The notes below the pieces were generated by a model. It did not search any database and was not told where the DNA came from. It saw only the letters and a list, made by a program, of their open reading frames with translations. DNA of 64,000 bases from Pedobacter sp. Lineage in GTDB: Bacteria > Desulfobacterota > Desulfuromonadia > Desulfuromonadales > Syntrophotaleaceae. The stretch lies in contig JBFWJC010000003.1 of NCBI GenBank assembly GCA_050253415.1, positions 288,001 to 352,000 on the forward strand, in the 5' to 3' direction. Positions 23,524 through 34,229 of this stretch are shown one piece after another; position 1 is the stretch's first letter, and every line of letters starts with the position of its first letter. Position numbers and translations under genes: made by a program.

Positions 23524-25248
23524 ATGACTGAATTTCCTAACAAACTTTGGCTGGAACGAAGCAACAGTGAATGCCTTGATAGCGAAGATTTACAGCGATC
23601 GCTAGGGATTTCCCGCATTACTGCAGAAGCTTTGTTGAGGCGGGAACTGAGCTCTCTGGATGAGGTTCAGGCATTTTTGCAGGCCAGATTGTCGAGCATG
23701 CCAGATCCTTACCTTATGGCGGATATGGGGAAGGCGGTTGAGCGCCTTGGAAAAGCGGTGCGCGATGGGGAAGGCATTTCGGTTCATGGCGATTATGATG
23801 TCGACGGGGTAACGGGTACCGCCTTGCTGGTGGAAACGCTTCGGGCTTTCGGAGCCCGGGTTGATTATTCCATCCCGTTGCGCTTGCGGGACGGATACGG
23901 TGTTTCAGACAGGGCGCTTGAGTCCTGCGCTGGCAGCGGGGCGGCACTTGTGATTACCGTCGATTGTGGAATCTCAGCCCATGCTCAGGCGGAAAGGGCA
24001 AGGGAGCTGGGACTCGATCTTATTATTACCGATCATCACCAGCCACCGGATATCCTGCCTGAGGCTTTGGCGATTCTGAATCCCGCCCGTTCCGATTGCC
24101 CTTTTCCATTTAAAAGCCTCGCCGGGGTCGGTGTGGTTTTCATGTTGCTTGTTGCGTTGCGAAAACATTTGCGCGAGTCGGGATATCGCAATAACCAACC
24201 CGAACCTGATTTGCGCTTTGGGCTTGACCTTGTCGCATTGGGCACCATCGCCGATATCGTTCCTCTTAAGGGGCTCAATCGAGCCCTTACCAAAGCCGGT
24301 TTGGAGTTGTTGTCGCATTCCGGCAGGGCCGGATTGCAGGCGCTTAAAAAGGTGGCAGGGGTTGAGAAGGTAAACTGCGGAACTGTCGGCTTCCGATTGG
24401 CTCCGCGCATCAATGCGGCAGGTCGTTTGGAGGATGCCGCTGTCGGGGTGGAATTGTTGCTTGGGTCATCGGTTGCAGGGGCGATGCCTACAGCTGAGTT
24501 GCTCGATCAGGTCAATAGTGAACGTCAGACCATCGAACAGCAGACACTGGAACAGGCCGATGAACGCTGGCAACAACAGTCGGAAGGCGCTACCCACAGT
24601 ATCGTTCTCGCCGATGAACGTTGGCATCCCGGTGTAATCGGCATAGTCGCCAGTCGTTTGGTCGAGAAATACCACCGGCCGACAATTCTTATTGCCCTGA
24701 ATAATGGGGTTGGAAAAGGTTCGGGACGATCGATAAAGGGATTGCACCTCTACCGGGCCTTGGCTGACTGTGGACCTTTTTTACAAGGCTTCGGTGGTCA
24801 TGAGTATGCTGCGGGCCTCACCATCGATGCCGATAAGGTAGCGAAATTTGCCCGCATGTTTGAAGACCTTGCTCGTCAACGACTATCAGCCGAAGACCTG
24901 CTGCCTCGTCAGTTTTACGATGGTGAGGTTTCGCTTGAGGATCTCGATCTCGATGCAGTTGACGAACTGTCCAGATTGGCTCCGTTTGGTGCTGGAAACC
25001 CGCAGCCGGTTTATCTGGTGCGTGGGGTATTTGTGCAGGGGGCTCAAGTGATTGGTGGAAGCCACCTGCGGTTTGTGGCGTGCCAGGGTGCACACGGTCT
25101 GCCCTGTATTGCTTTTGGCATGGGTGCGCTGCATGATCGTTTATCAGGTCCTCAGGATATTCTTTTTACTCCTCAGCGTAATGATTGGCGAGGCAAGTCG
25201 TCCTTGCAGTTGCAGGTGCGGGATATCCGTCCGACTAGCCTTACTTGA
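23524..25248 (+). CDS. recJ: single-stranded DNA exonuclease RecJ
   Basis: GDYDVDG, TDHH, GTIAD, PRINAAGR and GGH motifs (DHH/DHHA1). Confidence 0.95.
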   Translation: MTEFPNKLWLERSNSECLDSEDLQRSLGISRITAEALLRRELSSLDEVQAFLQARLSSMPDPYLMADMGKAVERLGKAVRDGEGISVHGDYDVDGVTGTALLVETLRAFGARVDYSIPLRLRDGYGVSDRALESCAGSGAALVITVDCGISAHAQAERARELGLDLIITDHHQPPDILPEALAILNPARSDCPFPFKSLAGVGVVFMLLVALRKHLRESGYRNNQPEPDLRFGLDLVALGTIADIVPLKGLNRALTKAGLELLSHSGRAGLQALKKVAGVEKVNCGTVGFRLAPRINAAGRLEDAAVGVELLLGSSVAGAMPTAELLDQVNSERQTIEQQTLEQADERWQQQSEGATHSIVLADERWHPGVIGIVASRLVEKYHRPTILIALNNGVGKGSGRSIKGLHLYRALADCGPFLQGFGGHEYAAGLTIDADKVAKFARMFEDLARQRLSAEDLLPRQFYDGEVSLEDLDLDAVDELSRLAPFGAGNPQPVYLVRGVFVQGAQVIGGSHLRFVACQGAHGLPCIAFGMGALHDRLSGPQDILFTPQRNDWRGKSSLQLQVRDIRPTSLT

Positions 25249-25358
25249 TCTTGCTTTTATCGGCTTTTTTTATATCTCATGCGGTATCCCAGAATTTTTT
25301 CCGCGGTACGTTATTCTGTACAGGGTTGGCATCCTTTTACTGAAACGGAGGTGGTGTT

Positions 25359-25910
25359 ATGACTCTGGCTTACTCGCAGGATATGCCCCTTGGTCGCAAA
25401 ATGCCGTCATTTCGTCTGAAGGACCCCGAAGGACGCGTTTTTGACAGCGATGAACTGATCGGACGTAAAGGCCTTTTGGTTGTTTTTACCTGCAACCATT
25501 GTCCTTATGCTGGAGCACAATGGCCACGGATCGTGCGTTTGGCTACCGAATTCCAGCCCAGGGGCATTTCTACCGTTGCCATCAATAGTAATATTCACCC
25601 TGACTATCCGGAAGATGCCCCGGCGCGGATGAAGCATAAAATAGCTGAACTGCACCTGGAATTTCCTTACCTTGTTGACGATACACAACAAGTGGCCCGC
25701 GATTTTGCGGCGCAATGTACGCCGGATCCTTACTTGTTTGACGGGGATGGATGTCTTGTGTATCACGGTCGGATCGACGATAACTGGAAGACCGAACGGG
25801 AGGTGACGCGGCAGGAGTTGAGGGCTGCTATGGAAGCACTTGTGCATGGCGCGCCGCCGCTGGCGGTTCAGTCACCATCTATGGGATGTTCCATTAAATG
25901 GCGCCAGTAA
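25359..25910 (+). CDS. thioredoxin/AhpC-TSA family redoxin
   Basis: CNHCPY, AQCTPD, YHGRID and GCSIKW motifs. Confidence 0.88.
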   Translation: MTLAYSQDMPLGRKMPSFRLKDPEGRVFDSDELIGRKGLLVVFTCNHCPYAGAQWPRIVRLATEFQPRGISTVAINSNIHPDYPEDAPARMKHKIAELHLEFPYLVDDTQQVARDFAAQCTPDPYLFDGDGCLVYHGRIDDNWKTEREVTRQELRAAMEALVHGAPPLAVQSPSMGCSIKWRQ

Positions 25911-25998
25911 GGGCTGTTGGAGCGGTCAACGTGGTGCTGATGCCTACTTCTTTGTGCGAAACGCTTAAACAATGAACCGCACGGGAACCCGGTTGATC

Positions 25999-26033
25999 AA
26001 AAAAGCCCGGAGGAAGCGTCCTCCGGGCTTTTT
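25999..26033. terminator. bidirectional intrinsic terminator
   Basis: A6-GCCCGGAGGA-AGCG-TCCTCCGGGC-T5 between convergent genes. Confidence 0.85.
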
Positions 26034-26052
26034 AGTTTTGCATGGTCCCGGT

Positions 26053-27243
26053 TCAGATCAGGCCGGCGTCTCGGGCGACCTTTTCCCAGGCGGGAAGGCT
26101 TGCTTGAATGGTCTCCATGGGCACGCAATAGGCGATGCGGAAAAATCCCGGCGCGCCGAAACCCTGCCCCGGAACGACCAGTATGCGGTGTTCCTGGGTC
26201 ATGCGGGCGAAGGCTACGTCGTCTTTGAGGGGAGATTCGGGAAACAAGTAGAAGCCTCCCTGGGGCTCCACCATCCGGAAGCCAAGACCGGTAAGGTGAT
26301 TGTAGAGCACGTCACGCTTGGCCTGGTAGTCGGAAATGTCGACTCTTTCTTCCTGCAAGCCGGCGACCAGGCGTTGCATGAGGGCCGGAGCATTGACGAA
26401 GCCCAAAACGCGATTGCAGAAAATCGCGCCTTCCATGAATTTCTGCACATCGTCCATGGCCGGATTGGCGGCCAGGTAGCCGATACGCTCGCCGGGCAAG
26501 GCAAGATCCTTGGAGTGGGATGTAACGATAATGGCATTTCGCACATGGGAAAAGATACAGGGCACCGTGGCCTGGTCGTAGGTCAGGCGTGCATAAGGTT
26601 CGTCCGACAACACGAACAGGGTGCGGTTCAGCTCTTTTTCTTTACGTTCGAGCATCTCGCCGAGGGCTTTAAGGTCTTCCGGCGGATAGATGACCCCGGT
26701 GGGGTTGTTGGGTGAATTGATAATGATGGCCCGGGTTTTAGGGCCGATAGCGGCTTCTATGGCGTTGATATCGAGCTGAAAACTGTCGGCACGGGTATGA
26801 ACGGTTTTGGTAGTGCCTCCATGATTGTCGACATAGAAGATATATTCAACGAAATAGGGGGCAAGGATCAAGACTTCGTCGCCGGGATCGAGAATCGTCT
26901 TGAGCGTAACGTTAAGTGCCCCGCCGGCACCGCAAGTCATGATGATATGCTGCGCCTCAACCGTGGCAGGTGCTGTGCGCGACAGATGCTGCGCCACAGC
27001 TGCCCGGGTTTCCGGATAACCGGCGTTGTTCATATAGCGGTGCATGCCTGGCTGCGGGTTCTGCGCCAGAGTCAGCAGTGCCTTGTTAAATGCCTCGGGA
27101 GGTTCGGTGGAAGGGTTGCCAAGGGTAAAGTCGAACACCTGATCTTCGCCGTGGATGGCTTTGAGGCGTGTGCCTTCTTCGAACATCTTGCGAATCCATG
27201 ATGCCCGTTCAATGAATCCGGAAATCTTACTGGAAATTGCCAT
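26053..27243 (-). CDS. PLP-dependent aminotransferase class I/II (aspartate aminotransferase-like)
   Basis: NSPNNPTG, SDEPY and SKDLALPGERIGY motifs; start at ATG 27243 after a GGAGGA RBS. Confidence 0.92.
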   Translation of the reverse strand: MAISSKISGFIERASWIRKMFEEGTRLKAIHGEDQVFDFTLGNPSTEPPEAFNKALLTLAQNPQPGMHRYMNNAGYPETRAAVAQHLSRTAPATVEAQHIIMTCGAGGALNVTLKTILDPGDEVLILAPYFVEYIFYVDNHGGTTKTVHTRADSFQLDINAIEAAIGPKTRAIIINSPNNPTGVIYPPEDLKALGEMLERKEKELNRTLFVLSDEPYARLTYDQATVPCIFSHVRNAIIVTSHSKDLALPGERIGYLAANPAMDDVQKFMEGAIFCNRVLGFVNAPALMQRLVAGLQEERVDISDYQAKRDVLYNHLTGLGFRMVEPQGGFYLFPESPLKDDVAFARMTQEHRILVVPGQGFGAPGFFRIAYCVPMETIQASLPAWEKVARDAGLI

Positions 27244-27400
27244 GGGTCCTCCCTTATCGAAAGCATATTTGATCATTTCGTCGCAGTGTAATTCCTGAGA
27301 CATAACGGGTCAAGGAATAAGGTTTGATGCAGGCTTTCGTTTGCTTTTTGTGCATGGATAGGCTAATCTTTCAAGCCAAAATTCTCTGGGTGGAGTGACC

Positions 27401-28483
27401 ATGATAAAAAACGACTCAAACATTTTAGCTGTACTGCGTCAGAAGATTGATGCTGTTGACGACCAGATTCTGTCCCTTCTTAATCAGCGGGCTTGTCTCG
27501 CGCAGGAGATAGGTCATGCCAAGGCAGGTCAGGGGCTCGATTACTATAACCCCGGCCGTGAACTTGCGGTGTTTGAACGTCTTATTGCCCAGAACAGCGG
27601 ACCTTTTCCCTCTGAGGCTATCCGGCGTGTGTTTAGAGAGATTATCTCCGCATCGTTGTCGCTCGAACAGCCTATCAAGGTTGCTTTCCTTGGACCGGCA
27701 GCGACTTTTACCCACCAGGCCTCTCAGCGGCAGTTCGGGTTTTCCGCACAATTGACGGCGCAGAAAAGTATCCCCGCCGTATTTGAAGAGGTGCGCAGGG
27801 GACGCGCCGATTACGGGGTGGTCCCGGTTGAAAATACCACCGAAGGCATCGTGTCGCATACGCTTGACATGTTCATTGAATCCGATCTTATGATCAATGC
27901 CGAAATTCTTCTGGAAATCTCCCATGATCTCCTGTCTCTTACCGGGAACATGGAGGATATTCGCAAGGTCATGTCGCATCCCCAGGCTTTGGCTCAATGC
28001 CGCCACTGGCTTGAGGAGAATCTCCCTGATGTGCCCTTGCTCGATGCTCCCAGTACGGCTATGGCGGCACGCCAGGCAGCGGAGGATCCCAGCACGGCGG
28101 CCATTGCCAGTGAGATCGCCGCGTCTCTGTACGGATTGCGCACCGTCAAACCAAGAATTCAGGATAACACCAACAATGTAACCCGCTTTCTGGTTGTCGG
28201 ACGCAAACTGACGGGACGCACCGGACATGACAAAACCTCGGTTATGTTCATCGTTGCAGATGAGCCTGGCATCCTCGCCAGAATGCTTGAACCGTTCAGC
28301 AGTCGGGGTATTAACCTCGCCAAGATTGAAAGTCGTCCTATTAAGTCCAAGGCATGGGAGTATGTATTCTTTCTTGATCTGGAAGGGCATGTCGAGGATG
28401 TTGCTATCAGTGAGGCCCTGGCCGACCTGAAAGCCTGCTGTCGTTCCTTCAAGATTCTTGGTTCTTATCCTCGTTGTCGTTGA
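27401..28483 (+). CDS. pheA: chorismate mutase/prephenate dehydratase (P-protein)
   Basis: LRQKIDAVD chorismate mutase domain, PVENTTEG, SHPQALAQC, TRF and ACT IESRP motifs. Confidence 0.95.
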   Translation: MIKNDSNILAVLRQKIDAVDDQILSLLNQRACLAQEIGHAKAGQGLDYYNPGRELAVFERLIAQNSGPFPSEAIRRVFREIISASLSLEQPIKVAFLGPAATFTHQASQRQFGFSAQLTAQKSIPAVFEEVRRGRADYGVVPVENTTEGIVSHTLDMFIESDLMINAEILLEISHDLLSLTGNMEDIRKVMSHPQALAQCRHWLEENLPDVPLLDAPSTAMAARQAAEDPSTAAIASEIAASLYGLRTVKPRIQDNTNNVTRFLVVGRKLTGRTGHDKTSVMFIVADEPGILARMLEPFSSRGINLAKIESRPIKSKAWEYVFFLDLEGHVEDVAISEALADLKACCRSFKILGSYPRCR

Positions 28484-28524
28484 ATTTTTGATTAAATTTT
28501 TCCATATAGGTGTGGATATTTGAC

Positions 28525-29391
28525 ATGGCGGAATTTTTTGTTCCCAAATTGGCTGTGGTCGGTGTCGGTCTTATCGGTGGCTCTTTTGCCCTGGCGCTTA
28601 AAGAGGCTGGCCTGGTCGGCGAGATCGTCGGTATCGGCCGGGGCCGGGCTAACCTGGAGACGGCTCGCGAAAAAGGCATCATCGATGCCTTTACGCATTC
28701 CTTGTCCGAAGGTGTTGCTGGAGCTGATGTGGTTTTTTTATCGACCCCTGTGCAGACCCTGTCCAAGGTTGCATCGGAGGTCTTGCCCCATATGAAGCCC
28801 GGGTCTATTCTGACGGATGGTGGTAGCGTCAAAGCGGATGTTATCGCGGCTATTGAGCCGATGCTGCCCGCAGATGTTCATTTTGTGCCCGGGCATCCTG
28901 TGGCCGGCACGGAACAGAGTGGGGCCGCAGCGGCCTTTGCGACACTCTACCAGGGGCGTCGATGCATACTGACCCCGACTTCCCGTACCTCTCCCGACGC
29001 TCTGGCGAAGATAAAACATCTGTGGCAAGCTGCCGGTAGTGAAGTGGTTGTCATGACACCGGAAAAACACGACCGGATTCTTGCGGCCATCAGCCATCTG
29101 CCGCATATGGTTGCCTACGCCCTGGTCGATGCCGTTGGCAATTGCAGTGATGAGAATGAAAATATCCTCAATTATTCGGCAGGCGGGTTTCGAGATTTTA
29201 CCCGTATAGCGTCTTCCGATCCGACCATGTGGCGGGATATCGCTCTGAGCAATCGTACTGCCTTGCTGGAAGTGATCGAAAACTTTGAAAAAAGTCTGGC
29301 TGAAGTCAAGCAGGATATTGCCGCTGGTAACGGCGAGGGATTGTATGAGTTTTTTCTGCGTTCCAAGCAGAGGCGAGATGCCATTATTTAA
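28525..29391 (+). CDS. tyrA: prephenate/arogenate dehydrogenase
   Basis: GVGLIGGS, DGGSVK, HPVAGTE, SHLPH and GGFRDFTRIA motifs. Confidence 0.93.
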   Translation: MAEFFVPKLAVVGVGLIGGSFALALKEAGLVGEIVGIGRGRANLETAREKGIIDAFTHSLSEGVAGADVVFLSTPVQTLSKVASEVLPHMKPGSILTDGGSVKADVIAAIEPMLPADVHFVPGHPVAGTEQSGAAAAFATLYQGRRCILTPTSRTSPDALAKIKHLWQAAGSEVVVMTPEKHDRILAAISHLPHMVAYALVDAVGNCSDENENILNYSAGGFRDFTRIASSDPTMWRDIALSNRTALLEVIENFEKSLAEVKQDIAAGNGEGLYEFFLRSKQRRDAII

Positions 29392-29473
29392 AATGTGTGC
29401 GATTGACTGTATGGATGAAATCTTACTCTGGGGTCCTGATGGTATCTCAAGCAAATAGCACGTTGGGGGAGCA

Positions 29474-30769
29474 ATGAGTGAACAGCAAATAATTCAACCT
29501 GGTGGCCGGTTGTGTGGTGAAGTGCAGGTTCCCGGCGACAAATCCATTTCCCATAGGGCTATTATGCTTGGCGCTTTGGGCGAGGGGGAAACGGTCGTTC
29601 GTGGGCTGCTGCGCGGCGAGGACAATCTTGCGACCCTCGAAGCTTTTCGCTCCATGGGAGTTGAAGTCGCTGAGGATGCGGATGGTACTCTGCGTATTTC
29701 AGGTCGCGGATTGCATGGTTTGCAGGAGCCTCAGGATGTTATCGATTGTGGCAATTCCGGGACCACTATGAGGTTGATGACAGGTCTGCTGGCCGGTCAA
29801 CAATTCTTTTCGGTTATGACGGGCGACCGGTTTTTGCGTAAGCGTCCGATGAAGCGCGTTGTTGCGCCCTTAACCAATATGGGAGCCCGGATTCTGGGTC
29901 GACTTGGCGGCGAATATGCGCCGTTGGCCATTCAGGGGCAGGCGTTGAAAGGCATAACCCACCATTCCTCGGTAGCCAGTGCGCAGGTCAAGTCCGCTCT
30001 TTTGTTGGCCGGACTGTATGCCGAGGGCCCGACCACCATCCACGAACCGCATCTCTCCAGGGATCACAGCGAGCGCATGTTAACTTGGTTCGGTGCGGAT
30101 GTCAGGCCGTTTCCCGGTGGGGTTACTCTGATGCCCGGAGCGCGGTTGCAGGGGCGAGAGGTTGTGGTGCCGGGTGATATTTCCTCTGCGGCATTTTTCA
30201 TGGTAGCAGCGCTTATCGTCCCTGGTTCTGAGTTGCTCATAAAGCAGGTTGGTGTTAACCCGACTCGCAGTGGTATCATCGATATCCTGCGGGAAATGGG
30301 TGGAGATATTTCTTTGCTGAATGAGCGTGACTGTTCCGGTGAGCCGGTTGCCGATATTCTGGTCAGGGCCAGCGATCTCAGGGGTATTGATATCGGTGGA
30401 AGTGTTGTGCCGCGAGCCATTGATGAATTCCCCGTTGTCAGTGTAGCGGCAGCTTTTGCCCAAGGGCAGACGGTCATACGTGATGCCAGGGAATTGCGCG
30501 TCAAGGAAACCGATCGTATCGCCTCCATGTGCTCAGAGCTTGGTGCGCTCGGTGCACAGGTCGAAGCTCGCGATGACGGCATGGTGATCACCGGCGGCGC
30601 TCCCCTGGGAGCAGGCACTGTCCGCTCTTTGGGCGATCATCGTATCGGCATGAGCATGGCCGTCGCTGCATTGCGTGCGTCCGGTCCGGTGACGGTTGTT
30701 GATACGGAATGTACGGCAACCTCCTTTCCCGGTTTTTGGGAGCTCTTTAATGGGGTCCGTGAACGCTAA
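29474..30769 (+). CDS. aroA: 3-phosphoshikimate 1-carboxyvinyltransferase
   Basis: PGDKSISHR, GNSGTT, SAQVKS, RVKETDR and DHRI motifs. Confidence 0.97.
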   Translation: MSEQQIIQPGGRLCGEVQVPGDKSISHRAIMLGALGEGETVVRGLLRGEDNLATLEAFRSMGVEVAEDADGTLRISGRGLHGLQEPQDVIDCGNSGTTMRLMTGLLAGQQFFSVMTGDRFLRKRPMKRVVAPLTNMGARILGRLGGEYAPLAIQGQALKGITHHSSVASAQVKSALLLAGLYAEGPTTIHEPHLSRDHSERMLTWFGADVRPFPGGVTLMPGARLQGREVVVPGDISSAAFFMVAALIVPGSELLIKQVGVNPTRSGIIDILREMGGDISLLNERDCSGEPVADILVRASDLRGIDIGGSVVPRAIDEFPVVSVAAAFAQGQTVIRDARELRVKETDRIASMCSELGALGAQVEARDDGMVITGGAPLGAGTVRSLGDHRIGMSMAVAALRASGPVTVVDTECTATSFPGFWELFNGVRER

Positions 30770-30811
30770 GGTGAAGACCTTTTACCTGCATGTGCTAGAA
30801 AGGTAACCATA

Positions 30812-31516
30812 TTGAAACAGCAGTTGATTATAGCCATAGACGGTCCTTCCGGAGTGGGCAAGAGTACTCTGAGTCGTCGCCTGGCTCAGAAGCTTCGGTA
30901 TGTGAATATCGATACCGGTGCCATGTATCGCTCAGTGGCTCTGGCCGCCCATAGGGCAGGCATTGCCATGGACGATGGGGAAGCTCTGGGGCAGCTGTGT
31001 GCGAATCTGGAAATCAGGTTCGTTCGCAAGGATGGTTTGGAGAAGATTCTTCTGGATGGCGAAGATGTGTCTGAGGCTATCCGCACGCCCGAGATAAGTC
31101 TGCTTTCTTCGCAAGTTTCAGCGCAACCTGCAGTGCGACGGGCTATGTTGTCCTTGCAGCGACAGATGGGGGAGCATGGCGGTGTTGTACTGGAGGGGCG
31201 GGATATAGGGACCGTTGTTTTCCCTATGGCCGAAGTGAAGTTTTTTCTTGCAGCGACAGCCACGGAGAGGGCAAAACGTCGGTACCTTGAACTGAAAGCG
31301 AAGGGGCTAGATGTTGACCTTGCTCAGACTCTTGCCGAGGTAGAAGCGAGAGATGCCGCCGATTGCGGGCGTGAGCACGCACCCTTGCGTCAGGCGCAGG
31401 ACGCGGTGCTTATCGACACGACGGTACTTGATATCGATCAGGTGCTCGAACGTATGCTTGAGGTGGTTGCCGAACGTCAATCGGTTTGTCATACAAAAGG
31501 GAGTGTAGCCCCATGA
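30812..31516 (+). CDS. cmk: cytidylate kinase
   Basis: DGPSGVGKST, DTGAMYR and EGRDIGTVVFP motifs. Confidence 0.96.
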   Translation: MKQQLIIAIDGPSGVGKSTLSRRLAQKLRYVNIDTGAMYRSVALAAHRAGIAMDDGEALGQLCANLEIRFVRKDGLEKILLDGEDVSEAIRTPEISLLSSQVSAQPAVRRAMLSLQRQMGEHGGVVLEGRDIGTVVFPMAEVKFFLAATATERAKRRYLELKAKGLDVDLAQTLAEVEARDAADCGREHAPLRQAQDAVLIDTTVLDIDQVLERMLEVVAERQSVCHTKGSVAP

Positions 31517-32352
31517 AGATTATTCTGGCGGACAGTGCCGGTTTCTGTTTTGGCGTTAAGCGGGCCACCAACCTGGCTTTTGAAGCTGCGGAACAATACC
31601 CGCATATCTGCTCGTTGGGGCCTATAATTCATTCGCCTCAAGTTGTTAAAAAGCTTGAAGAAAAGGGCGTTAAGGTCATCCGGAAAGTTGAGGATATCGA
31701 CCATGGTGCCGTTATTATTCGTTCTCATGGAATAACGGCAGAAGAGCTTGATGTGATACATCACCGTGCCCTCAATATCGTAGATGCCACCTGTCCATTT
31801 GTAAAAAAAGCCCAGGATTACGCGACAATGCTCTGTAATGAGGGGTACTCGGTGGTTCTGGTCGGTGAAAAAGATCACCCTGAAGTACAAGGGATTATTT
31901 CCTATACCCGTGGCGGTGAGGTTTTTGTGGTAGCTGATTGCAAAGAGGCACAACGCTTGCCAGACAGGCCCAAGCTTGGCATCGTTGCCCAGACCACCCA
32001 GTCTTTTAAAAACCTGCAGCAGGTAGCCGATATCTGTCTTGAAAAGAGTAAGGAAGTAAGGATCTTCAACACAATTTGCGATGCGACTTCAGTGCGTCAG
32101 AACGAAGCGAGAAAAATCGCACTCGAGGCGGATCTCATGTTGGTTGTCGGGGGATTTAACAGTGCCAACACCACCCGATTGGCACAGATTTGCCAGGAGA
32201 TCCAGTCACGGACCTTTCATGTTGAGACCGCCGAACAAATTCAGGATTCCTGGTTCGACGGTGTGGGATGCGTGGGTATCACTGCCGGCGCATCGACGCC
32301 GCGTTGGATTATTGATGAGGTAGTCGAGAGGGTTTCGGCTATGTCCAAATAA
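31513..32352 (+). CDS. ispH: 4-hydroxy-3-methylbut-2-enyl diphosphate reductase
   Basis: GFCFGV, DATCPFV, TICDAT and TAGASTP motifs; ATGA overlap with cmk. Confidence 0.96.
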   Translation: MKIILADSAGFCFGVKRATNLAFEAAEQYPHICSLGPIIHSPQVVKKLEEKGVKVIRKVEDIDHGAVIIRSHGITAEELDVIHHRALNIVDATCPFVKKAQDYATMLCNEGYSVVLVGEKDHPEVQGIISYTRGGEVFVVADCKEAQRLPDRPKLGIVAQTTQSFKNLQQVADICLEKSKEVRIFNTICDATSVRQNEARKIALEADLMLVVGGFNSANTTRLAQICQEIQSRTFHVETAEQIQDSWFDGVGCVGITAGASTPRWIIDEVVERVSAMSK

Positions 32353-32449
32353 ATGTTTGTTTTTTGAAGGTTACCGTGCTATGTTTACGCCGATGACCTC
32401 AGGGGCATCGCTGTCGCCGGGCGGCAGGATTATCGTTTAGGGGGTAAGT

Positions 32450-34171
32450 TTGTTAATGGTAAAAGATAACGAAGACAAAGATGAATTCATGGATGATGAA
32501 TTCGAAGACATGGACATGAGTTTCAGTGAGCTTTTTGAGAATAGCATTAAAGAGCTCAATGTAGGTGATGTTGTCGAAGGGACTGTTCTGCAGATCAACG
32601 GCGATATGGTTGTCGTTGATGTCGGCTACAAATCCGAAGGCATCATTCCCCTGGCTGAATTCAGCGATGAAAACGGGCAGGTAGATGTCAAGGTCGGGGA
32701 CAAGATCGATGTACTTTTCGAACGCCGTGAGAATGAAAACGGTCTGATCAGTCTGTCCAAGGAAAAAGCCGATCGTCAGAAAATCTGGAATAACCTTGAA
32801 GAAGGTGCCGTGGTTGAAGGACGCGTTGCTGCCCGCATCAAAGGCGGCCTGTCCGTCGATATCGGCGTTAATGCTTTCCTGCCCGGTTCCCAGGTGGATC
32901 TGCGGCCTGTACGTAACCTGGATAAACTTCTGGGTGAAACCTTCGAATTCAAGATCATTAAGCTCAATAAGCGACGTGGCAACATTGTTCTGTCGCGGCG
33001 GGTTCTGCTGGAAGAACAGCGTGAAACCCTGCGCCAGGATACGCTTGAGACTCTCTCTGAGGATCAGGAAGTTGTTGGTATTGTCAAAAATCTCACCGAT
33101 TACGGTGCGTTTATTGATCTGGGTGGTATTGACGGCCTGCTGCATATCACTGATATGTCGTGGGGTCGCGTTGCACATCCTTCTGATGTTCTCGCTGTTG
33201 GCGACAAGATCAAAGTCAAGGTGCTCAAATTCGATCGTGATAAAGAGCGTGTTTCTCTTGGGCTCAAGCAACTTGCCGCCGATCCTTGGCTCAGCGTTGC
33301 GGAAAAATATCCTACCGGTATCCGGGTTACAGGCAAGGTAGTCAGCCTGACCGATTACGGTGCTTTTATTGAACTTGATGAAGGCGTTGAAGGTCTTATT
33401 CACGTTAGTGAAATGAGCTGGACCAAGCGCATCAAACACCCCAGCAAAGTTCTCAATATCGGTGATGAAGTTGAGTCGGTTGTGCTGGCTGTAGATGTGG
33501 CGAATCGTCGCATCTCCCTGGGCCTCAAGCAAATCGAGCGCAATCCTTGGGAAATCATCGGAGAGAAATTCCCGATGGGTACCATTATCGAAGGCCAGGT
33601 TAAGAATATTACCGATTTCGGTATCTTTGTTGGTGTCGATGATGGCATCGATGGTCTGGTACATATTTCCGATCTTTCCTGGACCAAGCGTATCAAGCAT
33701 CCTTCCGAACTGTTTAAGAAGGGGGATGTTGTTAAGGCTGTAGTGCTTAACATCGACCAGGACAATGAGCGGTTCTCTCTTGGGATCAAACAGTTGGCTT
33801 CCGATCCCTGGCAGACTATTGCTACCCGTTATGCTCCCGGTACCATGATCAAGGGCAAAGTTACTTCCGTTACCGATTTCGGTATCTTCCTTGAAGTTGA
33901 AGAAGGAATTGAAGGCCTGATTCATGTGTCCGAGATCAGCAAAGAAAAGGTTGATTCGCCCAAAGATTTCGCCAAAGTTGGTGATACTCTTGAGGCTGTT
34001 GTGCTGCATGTTGACACCGAAGATAAGAAAATCGCGCTGTCTATCAAGCATGTTGCACAGCACAGAGAAAAAGCAGAAGTTGATGCCTTTCTCGGTTCCC
34101 AGAAAAGTGCGACATCCAATCTCGGGGACATCTTCAAAGGCGCTCTCGACAAGGCTGGCGATAAAGAATAA
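32450..34171 (+). CDS. rpsA: 30S ribosomal protein S1
   Basis: Six S1 repeats (DYGAFI..GxxGLxHxS..SW); start is either TTG 32450 or ATG 32456. Confidence 0.97.
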   Translation: MLMVKDNEDKDEFMDDEFEDMDMSFSELFENSIKELNVGDVVEGTVLQINGDMVVVDVGYKSEGIIPLAEFSDENGQVDVKVGDKIDVLFERRENENGLISLSKEKADRQKIWNNLEEGAVVEGRVAARIKGGLSVDIGVNAFLPGSQVDLRPVRNLDKLLGETFEFKIIKLNKRRGNIVLSRRVLLEEQRETLRQDTLETLSEDQEVVGIVKNLTDYGAFIDLGGIDGLLHITDMSWGRVAHPSDVLAVGDKIKVKVLKFDRDKERVSLGLKQLAADPWLSVAEKYPTGIRVTGKVVSLTDYGAFIELDEGVEGLIHVSEMSWTKRIKHPSKVLNIGDEVESVVLAVDVANRRISLGLKQIERNPWEIIGEKFPMGTIIEGQVKNITDFGIFVGVDDGIDGLVHISDLSWTKRIKHPSELFKKGDVVKAVVLNIDQDNERFSLGIKQLASDPWQTIATRYAPGTMIKGKVTSVTDFGIFLEVEEGIEGLIHVSEISKEKVDSPKDFAKVGDTLEAVVLHVDTEDKKIALSIKHVAQHREKAEVDAFLGSQKSATSNLGDIFKGALDKAGDKE

Positions 34172-34185
34172 TCCTCTTATCGGAT

Positions 34186-34218
34186 CGTATCGGCCCACCT
34201 TTTGGGTGGGCCGATACG
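34186..34218 (+). other. strong intergenic hairpin without a U tract (mRNA stabiliser or processing site)
   Basis: CGTATCGGCCCACCT-TTT-GGGTGGGCCGATACG. Confidence 0.55.
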
Positions 34219-34229
34219 CATAAGGCTCC